This document shows positions 15,701-29,474 of a stretch of 64,000 nt of DNA, in pieces; the stretch's first letter is position 1; every line of letters starts with the position of its first letter. The position numbers and the translations under genes are program-made. The stretch comes from Nageia nagi (taxonomy: Eukaryota; Plantae; Pinophyta). The stretch covers positions 70,308,001-70,372,000 of the forward strand of contig JBITNC010000001.1 in the NCBI GenBank assembly GCA_050084985.1. The letters are read 5' to 3'. The notes under the pieces are model-generated. The model had not been told where the DNA came from. It saw only the letters and a list, made by a program, of their open reading frames with translations, and made no database searches.

Positions 15701-17980
15701 TTGAAAATTTTGATCTTTATGAGTTCTTGTCGCCTTCATCATGGGAAAAGGGAGCTGAAACCACTATGGTAACATCATCCACTCCACTAAAAAAAATGAA
15801 TCATGCTTTTTTACCAAAATAAATTAACCATACATATTACATCCTCCGTTAAAATGTTAAAGAATTAAAAAATTAGCTCCCATATGTGAGAAGAGAATTA
15901 ATGTCCATCATAGTTTAGGCTTGTTGGGGGCATTGGAAGGGCTACCTGGTTTGAAGAGCTTTTGCATGTTGAAGCTGTTAGTTCCCATAGCTGGGAATTT
16001 TGAGTAGTTTTGAGAGACTTTTCAGGTTGATGCCTTAGAAGGTTTTTTGAAATCACTTTTGAAGTTAAAGTGTGCTTGATCTGGCCATGGCATATGAGGG
16101 TCATAGGATTCGTAATACATGAGATAATGGTGGAGGGTTTTGATTAAGATGGACCTGAAAGGGGGTATCATCCAAAGGTGGTAAGTTGGAGATCGTAGAT
16201 ACCCACTGCATGAACCTTGCTGCATAGCTCCTTGACTCCACCTTTCCCTACTCATTATTCATGCACCCTCCCAAATGCTCTCCTTGAAAAAATTAAGAGT
16301 GGGTTATTCCAAAATAGCAAGGGAGTATCTTTGGGCATAGTATCTTCTCCAAAAAAAAATGTAGTCAAGGCAACAATAGATTTGCTTTTTCTTGTGAATA
16401 GAAGGGTGCAATGATTTCTACAGGTCAAGTGTTCAAATCACAACAAGGGCCAACTCAATTTATGTAGTCTCCCTCGATCTTATCAATTGCAATAGGAGCA
16501 AGCTTAGCATATGAAGTAGGAAGTTTTAACGACACTCCCTTCTTTACCTAGTGATTTTTTGCTAAAAATAGCTAATTCTATTAAGGGATAGAATCTTATC
16601 CCTCTCTAGACATTCAATAATTTTAGTCTTCCCATACAACACCTCGCTATTTTGTTTTTTGTAGCCATATACAAAAAAATGAATTTGCAGGAAAGCTAAA
16701 AAAGCATTTACCATTAATTGTATTTTAAACAATTTTTAGGATTAAAGAGTACATAAAAGAATGATGACCATACTTATTATAATGCCAAGGCTTGTAAATT
16801 TTAAAATGAAAAAATATATTGTACAAGACCAAGAAATCTATTTTCATATTTTTTCACAAGAAAATAACAGTAGTAATTAACTATAGATTAACAATATTTG
16901 TAAATGGGTAAATTGTAACAAAGTTGTAACCATTCACAAAACAAGTAACCTATTGCTATATGTACGCAATAAACTTTTGTAAAAATGGCATACTAAACCC
17001 TTCTAAAGAGGGAATCTCTTCAAAAAGGAAGTTTGTATTAAAAAAGCACCAAAATCCTTTGTAAGTGTTAAGTTATTCTTTTAAGCTATTCTTATACAAA
17101 GAAACCTATTTTATTTAAAAAACAACATATAAGCTTTATCAACAAAAGGCTTACTTATCAATGCTTATGTATAAGAAAATGTAAGCTTAATAAAAAGCTA
17201 AAGTGTAGCAAACAATTGCAAAATAAAATAGCTTACACAATAGATAAGATTTCCAAAATGGCTTAACAAATAAAAGAGATTAAGGAGTAAATTTATACCT
17301 CAAGTCTTTGACCTTACCAAAGTAGACGACAAAGGTAGAATGGACCTTTCAAAATAATGAAGAGGAGCCTCCAAGATGGCTTTGATACCAAATGAAGGAA
17401 TTGTAGGATTCCATATCCAAGATCACCTTGAAGGATTCCAAACATCTTCAACATTAATACATCTATACTAAGAACACAACAACAAAACAATCACATAAAG
17501 TGATACAAGATGTACAGTGGTTCCTCCATCCCTTGGGAGTACTCCACTTAAAGGTCTCTTTCTCATCTTCATTCTCTCAAATAATATGTACACTCATGGA
17601 TCACAACCAAATCCTTCCATAGCATCAAGCATAACTTGCATGTTGTAAGACCTTCCTAGCTAACATTACTCCTACTAATTTCTACATACTACTAACTTCA
17701 TTACAACCTCATTTTTCATTTTTTCTTCATAGCATGAGCTCCTTTTATATGGCTCATAACTAACCTTAGGTAGTTAACTAACTTAACCATAAATGTTTAG
17801 TTAACCCTAATTTAGTAATATAAAAATGCATTCTCAATATTGAAATGTTGAGTGGAAAACACTATTCCATCCACTATACAAGAACTTCATTATCGCCTAA
17901 TAAGCAACATTAGGTGAATATTAATATGTTTAAGTATATTAATTAACACAATGCCTTAAACAATATTATTAGTTCTAACA
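12745..17980 (-). mobile_element. Non-autonomous (LARD-like) LTR retroelement
   Basis: LTRs 17393-17980 (5') and 12745-13374 (3'); iMet PBS as reverse complement (GCTTTGATACCAAA) before 17393; PPT as reverse complement (TTCCCTCTTAATG) at 13375; perfect TSD TTTTA. No gag/pol motifs recognised in the 4-kb interior. Confidence 0.88.
14088..14392. repeat. 41-bp tandem repeat, ~6-7 copies, each with a CTTGAC...GTCAAG inverted core
   Basis: Unit CCAACTTGACCACCACGTCAAGATGCACAAGCCACAAAAGG starting at ~14156, 14196, 14237, 14278, 14319, 14360. Confidence 0.85.
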
Positions 17981-18778
17981 TTTTAGAGGTTAGTAAACAA
18001 CACCTATTGGACTCTTAGGTTCCAAGTTATGATTGGATGATGTTTTATTTATACATTTTACTTCATATTTCATACTTTTGCTTTATTTACTTATGCAAAA
18101 TTGCAAATATTGATTGAGAAACCCCCTTAAATGAACACATTTGCTCGTACATTCCATAACATGACTTGTTTGGGTATCCAAGAGGTGAGAACAGGTAGAC
18201 TGGAGCCTTTAGTTCGATGATCCAAATCGTGAAAATTTTGTACTTCTTAGTTGCCTCTAAATCCTCTATTGGTCTAGAAATAACTCCAATAGGTGGACAA
18301 GCATGTGTGTAGTAATACCACATGTTCGCATGTTCATTCAGGGATTATCCTGATAACCTAGGAGGATAACTTAAAACCTAATCAAGATTAATAATTTGGT
18401 CGATTCAATATACATCATAACCTTGAAAAATAGTAGGTACACCTCCTTGTGAGAGTATATTACTACCCAAGGCAAACTAGTTGAAGATTGATAGTACCTA
18501 GGATCTACCTTGCATGCATCTAAGTGAAGGTCTAATTTTAAACAAGAAAATAAACCTTAATAATATCACTCTACATTTATGGTTTTTGGTATTGGGTACA
18601 TGGGATGTATATTTGAGTTTCTATTATAAACATTTGCACACGTGAACTTTGTTAAGCATGTCCTTTTTATTAAATTTAACATGTATGGTTGACTTACTTA
18701 AAACATGTATGGATGATTAAACATGTAATGTTATTTTTTAGATCACATGCTTATTATTTTCACATTCTTGTGTAGTAA

Positions 18779-21700
18779 ATGGAAGACACCTTCTTACCCA
18801 AGCACATTCTCTACGGTTCTAACTTTGTTATTTGGAAACCTCGAATGAGAGTTAAATTGTAAGAAAAGAAACTTTGGTAAATAATTAATGAGAACCTTGT
18901 TTCTTGTATGGATGAGAAGGCACTTTAAGCTTACAATAAAAATAATGAATTAGTAACCTCCATGATTTTTTGTGCAGTGTCAGATGATGTGCTTCTTACG
19001 ATTTCATCATCAACCTCAGCAAATGAAGCTTGGGATAAGCTTAAATTTTTTTTATCTTAGATCTAAATTTTCTAAAAGGTTCACTATTCTCTAAAAGTTA
19101 CTTCAATCTCGTCAAAGGGAAGATAAAAATGGTGCCATCTACTTGAATAAAATTATTAACTTTAGGACCTAACTTCTTGTTTATGGATGTAATTGGATCA
19201 ATGATGAGTTCATGATCTTTATCATTCTCTAAAGTCTTTCTTTAAAGTTTGGTAACTTTATGATGGTAATTGAGACTAAGCTTGATGATGAAGAAGAAGT
19301 CTTCTCATGAGGAAGCTCTTAACAAAAAGGTGTTGATCTCTTCTCTAAAAGATAATAATGTTGCTATAAAAGCAGGCAAAACTCTTTTCAAGAAGAAGTT
19401 CAATCATTATAAGAAATCTTATCCTTCTTCCTCCAAAAGGTTTGAGAAAAGAGGCAACAACAACATCAACAATGGCAATAATAACTACTTTAAGCAAAAA
19501 TATGGAAAAGGTAAGATAAGTAATCCAAATCCCAAGGTAAAGTTCGATAAAAATTGTAACTTTTGTGGCATCCATGGTCATAAAAATTTGATCACTACAA
19601 AAAGAAAAGAGAAAAAAAAAAAGATAAAGGTAATGGAAATGTAAAGAACTTCAAAAGGAAGAAGAATATAAAATTTGAACTTGCTGTTGGGCTCTACTCC
19701 ATGACTCTCTTTTTTGATTGATTGGATTGTTGACTTTGTTTGCACTAATCACCTATACTTTGAAAAAGATAAGTTTGGAAATTTTTATAAGTATAAGAAA
19801 GATGCAGTTCTGATAGGTGATAATTTTATCCTTGAAGTCCAAGGAATTGGGAGTTTGCTAATTCATGGGAAGGTTCTTGAAAATATTCTCTATGTTCTTA
19901 AGCTTAGGATGAACCTTCTCTCTATGATTCAAGTTGCAATAAAAGAGTACTCCTTTGAGTTCGACTCACACTCCAGATGCATTAAGAAGGGACTTGCCAT
20001 ACTAGTCAAAGGGTAAGTGAAAGATGATCTTTACACTATGGATCAAGTTCCAACAAAGATGTGTCTTGCTACAAGTATGTGCTCTAGAGGTAATCATTGG
20101 CATAATCATTTAGGGTGCCTTAACCACAAGAGTATTCAAATCATGAAATACTTAGAGCTTATGGAAGGTTTGCTTTGAATTTCATTTTCAATTAGTCTAT
20201 GTGAGAAGTACATCCTAGGTAAGATATGTAGGCAAATGTTTGAAAAATATAAGGCGACAAGAGCATCTCAACCTCTTCAACTTATGCATTCATATTTGAT
20301 GGGTCTGTTTCAGACTAAGTTGCTTGGGGGAGCATCTTATGTCTTGACCTTCATCGATGACTTCAATAGGATGATTTTTGGCTATCTACTTGAGCATAAA
20401 GATCAAACCTTTAAGAGTTTTAAGAATTTTAAGGCCTTAGTTGAAAACCAGACTAACCTTAAAATTAATATGTTGAGATCAGATAATGGAGGAGAATATA
20501 ATAACAATAAGTTTAATGACTATTGTGCTAAGTATAGAATCAAAAGGTAATTTATGATTCCTTACACTTCTCAGCAGAATGGTATTGCCAAAAGGAAAAA
20601 TTAGATAATTATGGAGATGGCTAGATTCATGTTGGGTAATCTTCTTAGTTTCTTATGAGGTGAAGTTGTGAGCATTACTATTTACATCTTGAATAGGTGT
20701 CCCATAAAAGCCATTTAGTGTAAAACCCCTTTTGAGGCTTGGATAGGAATAAAACCTAACATTTCTCACCTTAGGGTATTTGGTTGTGAAGCTTTATCCT
20801 ACATTATTTTTGAAAAAAGGAAAAATTTAAATAAAAAAAGCTAAAAAATACATCTTTATAGGTTATGAAAGTCAATATAAAGGCTACAAGCTCTACTCTC
20901 CTTCCCTCAAAGGAGTGTTCATTTCAAAGGATGTAAATTTCAATGATCTTCTTGAAGAATCTATTTCTAATGAAAAAGTTGATGATACAAATGACTCATC
21001 AGTTGCATCTAACTGGTTGGATATTAATGGAGAAAAGTCACCCCAAGAGCAAAATTTTCCAACACAAAGGATAACTAGGAGCATGATCTTGAACAAATCC
21101 TTATTTTCTAAAATTAATAACAAGAATGAGCCTTCATCATTCAAAGATGCTTCAAAGCACGAGTATTGGATGGAAGTTATAAAAGTGGAGTATGAGGCTC
21201 TTATGAAAAATAAAATTTGGGCCTTGGTTCCTTATCTTAATGAGAAGAATGTGATTGGCAATAAGTGGATCTAATAGGTCAAGTTCAATTCAATTGGAGA
21301 TATTGAGAAATACAAAGCAAGATTAGTGACTAAAGATTTTGCTTAGAAATACGGTGTTGATTATGAAGAAACCTTTGCTCTCATGGTAAAGATGTCCACT
21401 ATTAGGATAATCTTTTCTCTTTCAGTAGCTTAAGGATGAAAAGTTTTTTTAACTTAACATTAATAGTGTTTTTCTCAATGGTGACTTAGATATGAAAATT
21501 TACATGAATCAACTAAAGGGTTTATTGAGGAAAGCAAAGAGTCCTTTATGTGCGAGCTAAAGAAGTCATTGTATGGACTTAAGCAAGCACCTAGAGCCTT
21601 GTATAAGAAGATTTCTAGATACTTTATAGATATTAGATTCTTCAAATGTTTTTCTGACTTTAATTTATGTGTTCAATAAAAGAAAAGATGTGGTATTCCT

Positions 21701-22539
21701 CTTTTATGTGGATGATCTTTTGATGATTGAGAATAATGATGAAATCATTCAAGAGTGCATATCCAAGCTTAAGGTAATGTTTGAAATGATTGATATTAGT
21801 CTCTCTTAAAATCACTATTTCTCTTAGCTCCAACTCCCAGTTGGTTGATGCTACAACTTACAGGTAATTAATTGGTAGTCTTCTTTATTTGACTATTTTT
21901 AGGCCAGATATTGCCTTTATAGTGAATTTGATGGCACGATTCATGTAGAAACCATATGTTGAGCATCTAAATGCTAATAAGCAAATCTTAAGGTATGTTG
22001 CAAGGATGAAATATCTTGCTTTCAAGTATTCTAATTTACCCTCATTTGTTCTCTCAGGGTTCTTAAATTTTGATTATGGGAGAGATAGAGATGATAAAAA
22101 ATCAACCTCTATGTATGTCTTTAGCATTGGTTCAAGTGCGATCTCTTAGGCCTCCAAGAAGCAGCCTATTATTTCTCTTTCCATTATAGAAGTTGAATAC
22201 CATACCATGTCTATTGTAACCCAGAAAGCTATTTGGCTAAAGCATCTTCTAAAAGAAATTGTGTATGAGCAAGTTGGCCCATCTCTGATTTATTTAAATA
22301 ATTAATCAGCTATTTCTCTAGCAAAGAATTTTATGTTCCATTAGAGAATAAAACATATGGAAATCCAAGCCCGTTTCATTAGGGAGAAGCTTCTTGATGG
22401 TATCATACACCTAGAGTATTATCCATTAACCTTGAACTCCGCTAATTTGTTCACCAAACCCCTTTCTGAAGCTCAATTTTTTAATCTTAGGGATGCTATC
22501 AGGTTGGTGAAGTTGCCATTAAGGAGAAGTGAAATTTGA
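18779..22539 (+). pseudogene. Copia gag-pol remnant (gag, zinc knuckle, protease, integrase, RT, RNase H)
   Basis: GSNFVIWK gag; CNFCGIHGH knuckle; WIVDFVCTNH protease; FIDDF and LRSDNGGEY integrase; YVDD near 21710; KHMEI..FIRE/ANLFTKPL RNase H. Many stops and frameshifts. Confidence 0.92.
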
Positions 22540-23558
22540 ATTTTTTTATTGAATTCATGTTTGTAATGAAAACTTTACCTCTAGAAGGATTTTATGTTGT
22601 ATAGTATTGATTTTGTTGTACACCTTCATGGTAAGTTCGTTCTATTTGAGAAACTTGTTATATAATGTTTTGAGCAAAATATTGACCAATTTAGCACTAT
22701 TCAGTTATCCATGTATGAGGAATTCATATGTGTCTTTTGGCATTGTTCAATTATCCATATGTGAGAAACTTGTATATGCATTTTGTTATGATCTATTTGG
22801 TAATGATAATCAACACATGTTTTGTATACAATAAGTGACTATGAGTATTGTTTTGGCATCTTTGTGATGACTTATAATGCACCATTGACCAATTTATGAT
22901 TACATTTGTTTGATTCATCTATCCTTGTTGATATGAATATGTTGCATCTAACTGATCTTGTTACTTGAGTTGCTTATGACTTGCAAGTTCTTTTGAGATT
23001 GCGAGTTATTTACTTTGAGTGTGCAAGCTCATGGAGACTCATCATGACTTCTAATTGGATGACTACTTTATGTACACTGAAATTGGTTGTGATTAATGAT
23101 TGTATTGCAAACCATTTGCTAAAATGGTAAAGTAGTGAATCTCAAACTAAGATCTTGCTTACTTCATAAAGATGTAAAAAGTTCTCATCTTCGGTTGTAT
23201 CTATGTGGAGGAGAACTCTCTTACTTTCTCTTTTTATTCTCTTTTATTCACTCTATCCCAATATTACATTAAGGTGAAGTGTTGGAATGTATAATGCATT
23301 ATTGTAAAGGTTTTGCAATAATCCTCTTTATAAATTCACTAATACTTAAGGGTATCATTAGATATCTTAAGTATTTAAGTGAATATGATAATGTAACTTT
23401 TCCTAAACTCCATGTCATGAACATGCCCCTTTGGTAAAAGGGAGTTGCATGTCATGCCTTTGTACATTGATTAAAAGGGTGATCCAAAAGGGGATTTTGG
23501 CCTATAAATAGAAGGTCCCCTCTTTGTGATCACACATTAATTTGTGAAGTAAAGTTAT

Positions 23559-24031
23559 TGTTAAAATTTGTAATGTAATATTGTTTAATATTTTTCCTCA
23601 ATGTAAATTCATTTAATACTTAAAGTATCATTAAATACCTTAAAGTATTAAGGGAATATAAATAAGAGAATGGTTTTAAAAATAGATATGAGTTTAAAAA
23701 TAGGTAAAGAATTAAAATAGAAAAGATATTAATTATAGGGAGAGTTTCTTCTTATAAAAAAAGAACCCTACTCTTCTCTAGTTACATAATTGTAATGCAA
23801 GCTTTCCTATAGGTTTAGAGTGTAAGAGAAAGAAGAGATTTTGTAAGAGAGGTCCTTGAGAATAAGAAGATCTTAGTTAGTGGATGTACTCCCAAGGAGA
23901 GAAAGATCATTTTATATCTTGTGTTATTTATGTGATTGGCTTTAGTTATTGTGCTATTGTGTTGATGTTGAAAGTGCCTTCTTGAGCTCTTAAGAGATTA
24001 GAAGTTAATTCAAAAAAGGTTAATTTCTTCG
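23559..24031 (+). mobile_element. Solo LTR inserted in the Copia 3' LTR
   Basis: TGTTAAAATTTGTAATG...TTCTTCG flanked by perfect TSD GTTAT; resembles the solo LTR at 49992-50480. Confidence 0.85.
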
Positions 24032-24183
24032 GTTATGCTCTAAATAAAAGGCCCCCTCTTTGTAATCACTTGAGTCACTTTTTTTGAGATTATCTTCTTG
24101 AGTTATCTTTATGTTAGTATGAGCTTCCATGAGATCTTGGTAGTTTAGGATTGTTTTAGTTATATTGCAAATCCTTCAAGAGC

Positions 24184-24370
24184 ACTCAAGGAGAATCATC
24201 ATAAATCACATATTGAAAAGTAAGAAAAATAAAAGTTTGAGTTAAATTGGATAAGTCCTTACATAATAAAGATGAAGTATCCAAATAATGCATATAGGTT
24301 AGCAATATTTGATGGAAAAATTGATAAATTCTCAACTAATACAAAGCACCTCAAGCCTTTTTATGCCTAA
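24184..24370 (+). pseudogene. Integrase C-terminus (GPY/F module) of the Tat-like Gypsy, resuming after the Copia insertion
   Basis: KFELNWISPY...NAYRL...N.KHLKPFYA* continues from ...QVGDR at 9900. Confidence 0.85.
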
Positions 24371-25909
24371 AGGAAGCTTATCACATAGGTTCTAGAGGTC
24401 ATCCTTCAATCATTCATCAATGCAAAGGTCATGAATTAGGATCCTAGCTCTGTTTCCATTTTGTTAAGCTAGCATTCACACTAGCTTTGTATCTAAATTT
24501 CATCATTGAACTCAATGCTTGTACTAATGTTCTTATTATATTTTAGATAAAAATAAAAATCATAGGGATCAGGGGTCACATTCAGGTTAGATAAGACATG
24601 TGGCAGTTTCATATTAGAGTCATTCAATTATCATCCACAGACCAATGATATTGGTTCAATCAATCGTATAAATGATACCTTAGGTAGTCTCATTTCATTA
24701 TCAAACACCACACATAGATCAAAACACCACACATAGATCAAACCTCTCAAAGCAATTATACCTAAATCATAATAAAATTGCAATATCATAATCAAAATGA
24801 GGCTCAATGCCCATAATACCTTTTGCACCTATGCTAGCATTTTTGCATCAAATCAATCGATTCATCAAAGGTAAGTGTAGGTATCATTTCCTACTCTCTT
24901 ACCTCTACATTCATGATCATAATTCAATCATTTCATGCGTAGTCATTTACTTGATACACTATGTCCTTGTTAGGTGGACATTAAATAACCATCACTATTT
25001 TATGATCATTTGGTTGGAGCCAAACCAACCATTTTCTTGGGTTAGCTTGGTGATTGGGACTACACTAATCATAAGTCTAATCAATCTAATGGCCATATTA
25101 TCACTGATACTATAATCATGCATGATTGGAAAATATTCAAACCAGTCACCTTTAATAAATCTAAGAACGGGGCATGTACCTCATAACAATAAATGACATA
25201 TCATATAACATGGTTGGAAAATATTCAAACTAACCATTTCTTCGAGTCACCTTTGTTGGTTGGGTCTCAACTAACCTCCATCTTTGAGCCACCTTTATTG
25301 ATTGGGTCTCAACTAACCATCACCATGTAATTCATTATGATTCATATATTGCAACTAAGAATGGGGCATGTATCTCATGAATATGTTTTAAACATATATG
25401 GTTATGGTTGCATGTGTTCCATCTAGAAATGGGGCATGTACCTCATGATGATGTAAACACACCTTTATCATGATTTTTTATGTATGCATCTAAGAATGAA
25501 ACATTTAGTATTTTTATATTTAGTATTCTCAAGATGATGTATGCATATTATATTTATTTCATCCTTGCTCCATTATTGCTATATCATTTGTGATGAAATG
25601 TTATGATGTTTACTCTTATTATCATTGCTATATCTTTTATGAGTTAATAACTACATATGTGCTTGGAAATGTGTGCCTCACATTTTCATGTTTCATTCTT
25701 TGCTCTTGGTTGATTTTCTAACATGCAAGCCATTACATCTCACAACTAAGGCAAAGAGGGAGTAATATACATCATCATTCCATGATGATTTAGACAGTTC
25801 TAAGACTAAACTAGGGAAGTATCAATTTTTTCTTATCTTTACCTTTACTTCCTTTGCAAGCATAATGTTATGTCAAGATTCAATATCATTATACTTACAA
25901 ATGGGGGCA

Positions 25910-26154
25910 TGTTATTTAATCATATTTTAGTCATATATTATCCTTATTATCGCATATTTCTTAGGTTGTATTCTTATTTTTATTTTAGGTACATCGAGAT
26001 AACTTCAACCAATATTCAAAAGGTCAAATGGTAATATCACGCTTAATATAAATGTAAGTATCTCTAACCTGAGAAAAGCATGTAAAGATTACATCTTGAT
26101 AGTTGGTACCCTACTCTTGGGTGTTTCTAAACATCGCCTATTGAGAGTAGAACC
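25910..26154 (+). repeat. 3' LTR of the Tat-like Gypsy, first part
   Basis: Matches ~2744-2975. Confidence 0.85.
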
Positions 26155-26399
26155 TATTATGCCTGCAAAAAACACCTAAAGATGCAACATTTTGGGAACT
26201 TTATTTTTGCAAAGGTAATGAAGGAAATTGCCTTGAGAATGACTAGACCAAGGCCAAGCTGAAGATTCAAAGTGGCTGAGTGATCAAGCAATGCATGAAA
26301 ATGCCCTAGAGTCATGAAGATAGTTCAACACATCTAATGGCCAACTTAAGGCATAATTTTAAGCAACATCTTATAGGATGCAATTTTGGGTCATAACAA

Positions 26400-27030
26400 C
26401 GATTGAGGAGGGAGTTTTTCAAGAAGTAGCCAACAAGGAGAAAAAGGTGCATTTTTGTAGAATTTGAGCTCAAGTATGGCTAGTGCAATAAAAATAAGCA
26501 TTTTTGTTAAAGTTTGAGTCCTGGAGTAATGGAAGTAGTTAAGGTGACAAAAATGAGCATTTTTGTCAAGTTTGAGCCCGAAAAGCTCAAAAGTGGCAAG
26601 TATGATAGAAAAGTGCATTTTGGTCAAGTTTGAGCCCAAAGATGGTCAGTATAGTGAAAATATGCATTTTTACACAATTTGAGCCTAGAAAGCTCGAAAA
26701 TGAAAAATGGGAAATTGAGCTCAAAATGATTAAAAATGCTAGAAATACAAGATATGGTCATTTTTCACACTTTGGGCCCAAATACTAAAAATGATTAAAA
26801 ATGATGAGTTTGAGCTTGAAAAGGTGAAAATGATCTTTTTTGCACTGTTTGAGCTCAAAAATCATTAAAACTGCAAAGTTTGAGCTCAAAGGTACTGAAA
26901 GGGGCATTTTGATCAAGTTTGAGCTCAAGGTACTAGAAAGCGCATTTTGATCAAGTTTGAGTTCAAAAACATCAGGAATGGTCAAAAATACACATTTTGA
27001 GTTTGAAATGGATAGAAAATGCAAGTTTGA
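26400..27030. repeat. Degenerate short tandem repeats with core AAGTTTGAGCTCAAAA
   Basis: CATTTT..TCAAGTTTGAGC motif recurs more than 10 times. Confidence 0.7.
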
Positions 27031-27043
27031 GTACCTCTAGCCT

Positions 27044-28620
27044 TAGGCACATTTTTTCAAGGTATTAAAGATCCAAATAAGGGGAAAATGGTGCATGTTT
27101 CTTAAAGATAAATACAAATGGTGTTGGAAATCAAGTCTAAGAGCATTATTGAGGATATAAGATGAATTCTATCATAATTAAGATTTGAAATTTTTGATTT
27201 TGACCAAGTCTAAGGCATTCAAATCTTGGGCACTATTTTTCAAGCCTATGGGAAATCCATAGAAGTGTTTTTTAGCTCCTAGATTGAGAAAGAAAGAGTG
27301 GAAATGCATCAAAAGTCAAGTTTAAATGCATATATGGATGGAAATATGGTTCTAAGGCACTTTAGGTCTCAAATTGTTTTATTTTGAGTAGGTTTAGACC
27401 CCTTGAAGGTAGGTGCAAGTTTTCAAATGTTTCCAAATCCAATGGGCTGATTTTTAGTGCCTATATTGATAAGATGATAAGTTTTTTGCTTAAAAATCAA
27501 GTTTAGATGCTTGGGGACAAGGAAAAGATCATTCTAAGAACATTTGACACTCAAAATTTTTGATTTTGAGTACTTTTGAGTATAATAAAGGTTAGGTGTA
27601 GGTTTTCAATGCTATGGAATTGCATTGGAGTGAAAACTAGCACTTAAAATGAGAAAATTTGATAAATTTTGATCAAAACACAATTTTGAGGGGTCCATTG
27701 CAAGGAAGAGATGATTTTGAGCACATTTAGGTCTTGGAAAAAGCAAATTTGAGTATTGTTTGAGCAATTATAGGATAGGCATAATTTTTTAAATGATTAG
27801 AAATCCAATGGAGTGAAAATTAACACCTAACTTGGAGAGAAAAGTGCAAATTTATTTGAAAATCAGTTTTGACCCCTTAATTACAAGGAAATTAGCATTT
27901 TGAGCACATTTAACACTTAAAAATTTTGAATTTGAGCAAGGGAAAGGTACTCAAATCCTTGGCATAGTTTTTCATGCCATTAGAAATTCATAGACATGAA
28001 AGTCAGCACCTAACATGAGGAGATTGATAAATTTTTGATCCAAATTTGAATTTTATGACATAAATTGATGGAAAATGCCATTCTAATCATCTTTAAACCT
28101 TCAAAATTTTGATTTTGAGTTATGTAAATGAACCAAAAAGCTAGGCACAATTTTACTATTGATTGGAAATCCATAGTGATGAAAACTAACACCTAACATG
28201 AGGAGGAATCATCAATTTTTCTCAAAAATCAAAATTTTTGATATCTAGGCATGAAAGGGGGTATTATAAGAACATTTAGGTCTACAATTTTTCAATTTTG
28301 ACCAATGGAAATGCCCTAAAAGGATAGGCACAATTTTTCATTCCATTGTTCTTATAGGTCTACAATGTTTCAATTTTGACCAATGGAAATGCCCTAAATG
28401 GATAGGCACAATTTTTCATGCCATTGAAGAATCCATAGACATGAAAACTAGCATGTAAATGCATAGAGAAAGCTCAAAATCTCGCCAAAAGTTGAATTTT
28501 TGCACTTGATTGGATGAAGGAAGTGAAAAGAAGCTCATTTAAACTTTGAAAATTTTAATTTTTAACAAAGGAAGTGCCTCAAAAAGTTAGGCATAGGTTT
28601 GCAAGCCAATAGTGTGTTTT
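27044..28620. repeat. 183-bp tandem array, ~9 diverged copies
   Basis: Anchor TAGGCAC-like motif at 27044, 27227, 27410, 27593, 27776, 27959, 28142, 28325; then a 78-bp local duplication, 28403 and 28588. Confidence 0.85.
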
Positions 28621-29474
28621 CAAGCCTAAAATCATTAAAGAGCATGCAACATGCACTTCATGAGCACCTTTTAGGGAAAATTAACCCTAAGTAGCATGCA
28701 AAAGGTCCAAAAACTCTACAAATACCATCCTAAACCTTGCATTTTATCCATAACACTCTCCTTGATCATCCATGCATCCATTTTTTAGCAAAATCCTCAC
28801 AAAACATCATAAACTTGCTCAAAAACTCAAAATTTGATCACAAGATCCAAAATAGCTCCAAACCTTTTCAAAAAATTTCAAGAACCTTATAATATCATCC
28901 TCCATCCATTCATTAGGTCAAATCCACTTTTTAAATTTCTTCCAAATTTCAGACCCCCTATCTTTTTGCCATTTTGAACCATTTTAGACCTATTAAAAAG
29001 CTTGAAAAAAAAAAAACACTTTTTTGAGGCCCCAAAACTTTCAAATTTTGGATGATTCAGAGTTGGAAGTGAATACCAAAGTGGTATACCTTACATAAGA
29101 GAGCAACCTCCATCATTCACTTCACCCTAAGGAAGCTTGATGACCCCTTTTCATCCCCATCTTTCCAAGCTTTGAAGCTACCAAAAGACCTTTCAAAAAT
29201 GAATACATGGGCTAAAAACCAACAAGTTAATTTAGACACTAAAAACTAAATATTTTTCTTTGATACTTGGCCACAAACCTCCTAGATTTATTTTCCAACA
29301 CCCCATGTACTTGTTTCCTAATTCCAACGAACTTCAAAATTCTTGAAAATCCACTTAGCCTCCTAAAAACCCAAAAAAGGCCAAAAATTGAATATCTTAT
29401 TTTCTCTCCAAAATCACTCCAGAGACACCTAATATCACTCCCAACACCTTGTTGTATTCCATAGGCCATAAGCA

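Larger units (their letters stand above)
9902..24178 (+). mobile_element. Copia LTR retrotransposon inserted in the Gypsy integrase
   Basis: LTRs 9902-10410 and 23280-24178 (TGTTGGAATG...ATCCTTCA); PBS TTTGGTATCAGAGC (tRNA-iMet) at 10411; TSD AGAGT/AGAGC. Confidence 0.92.
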
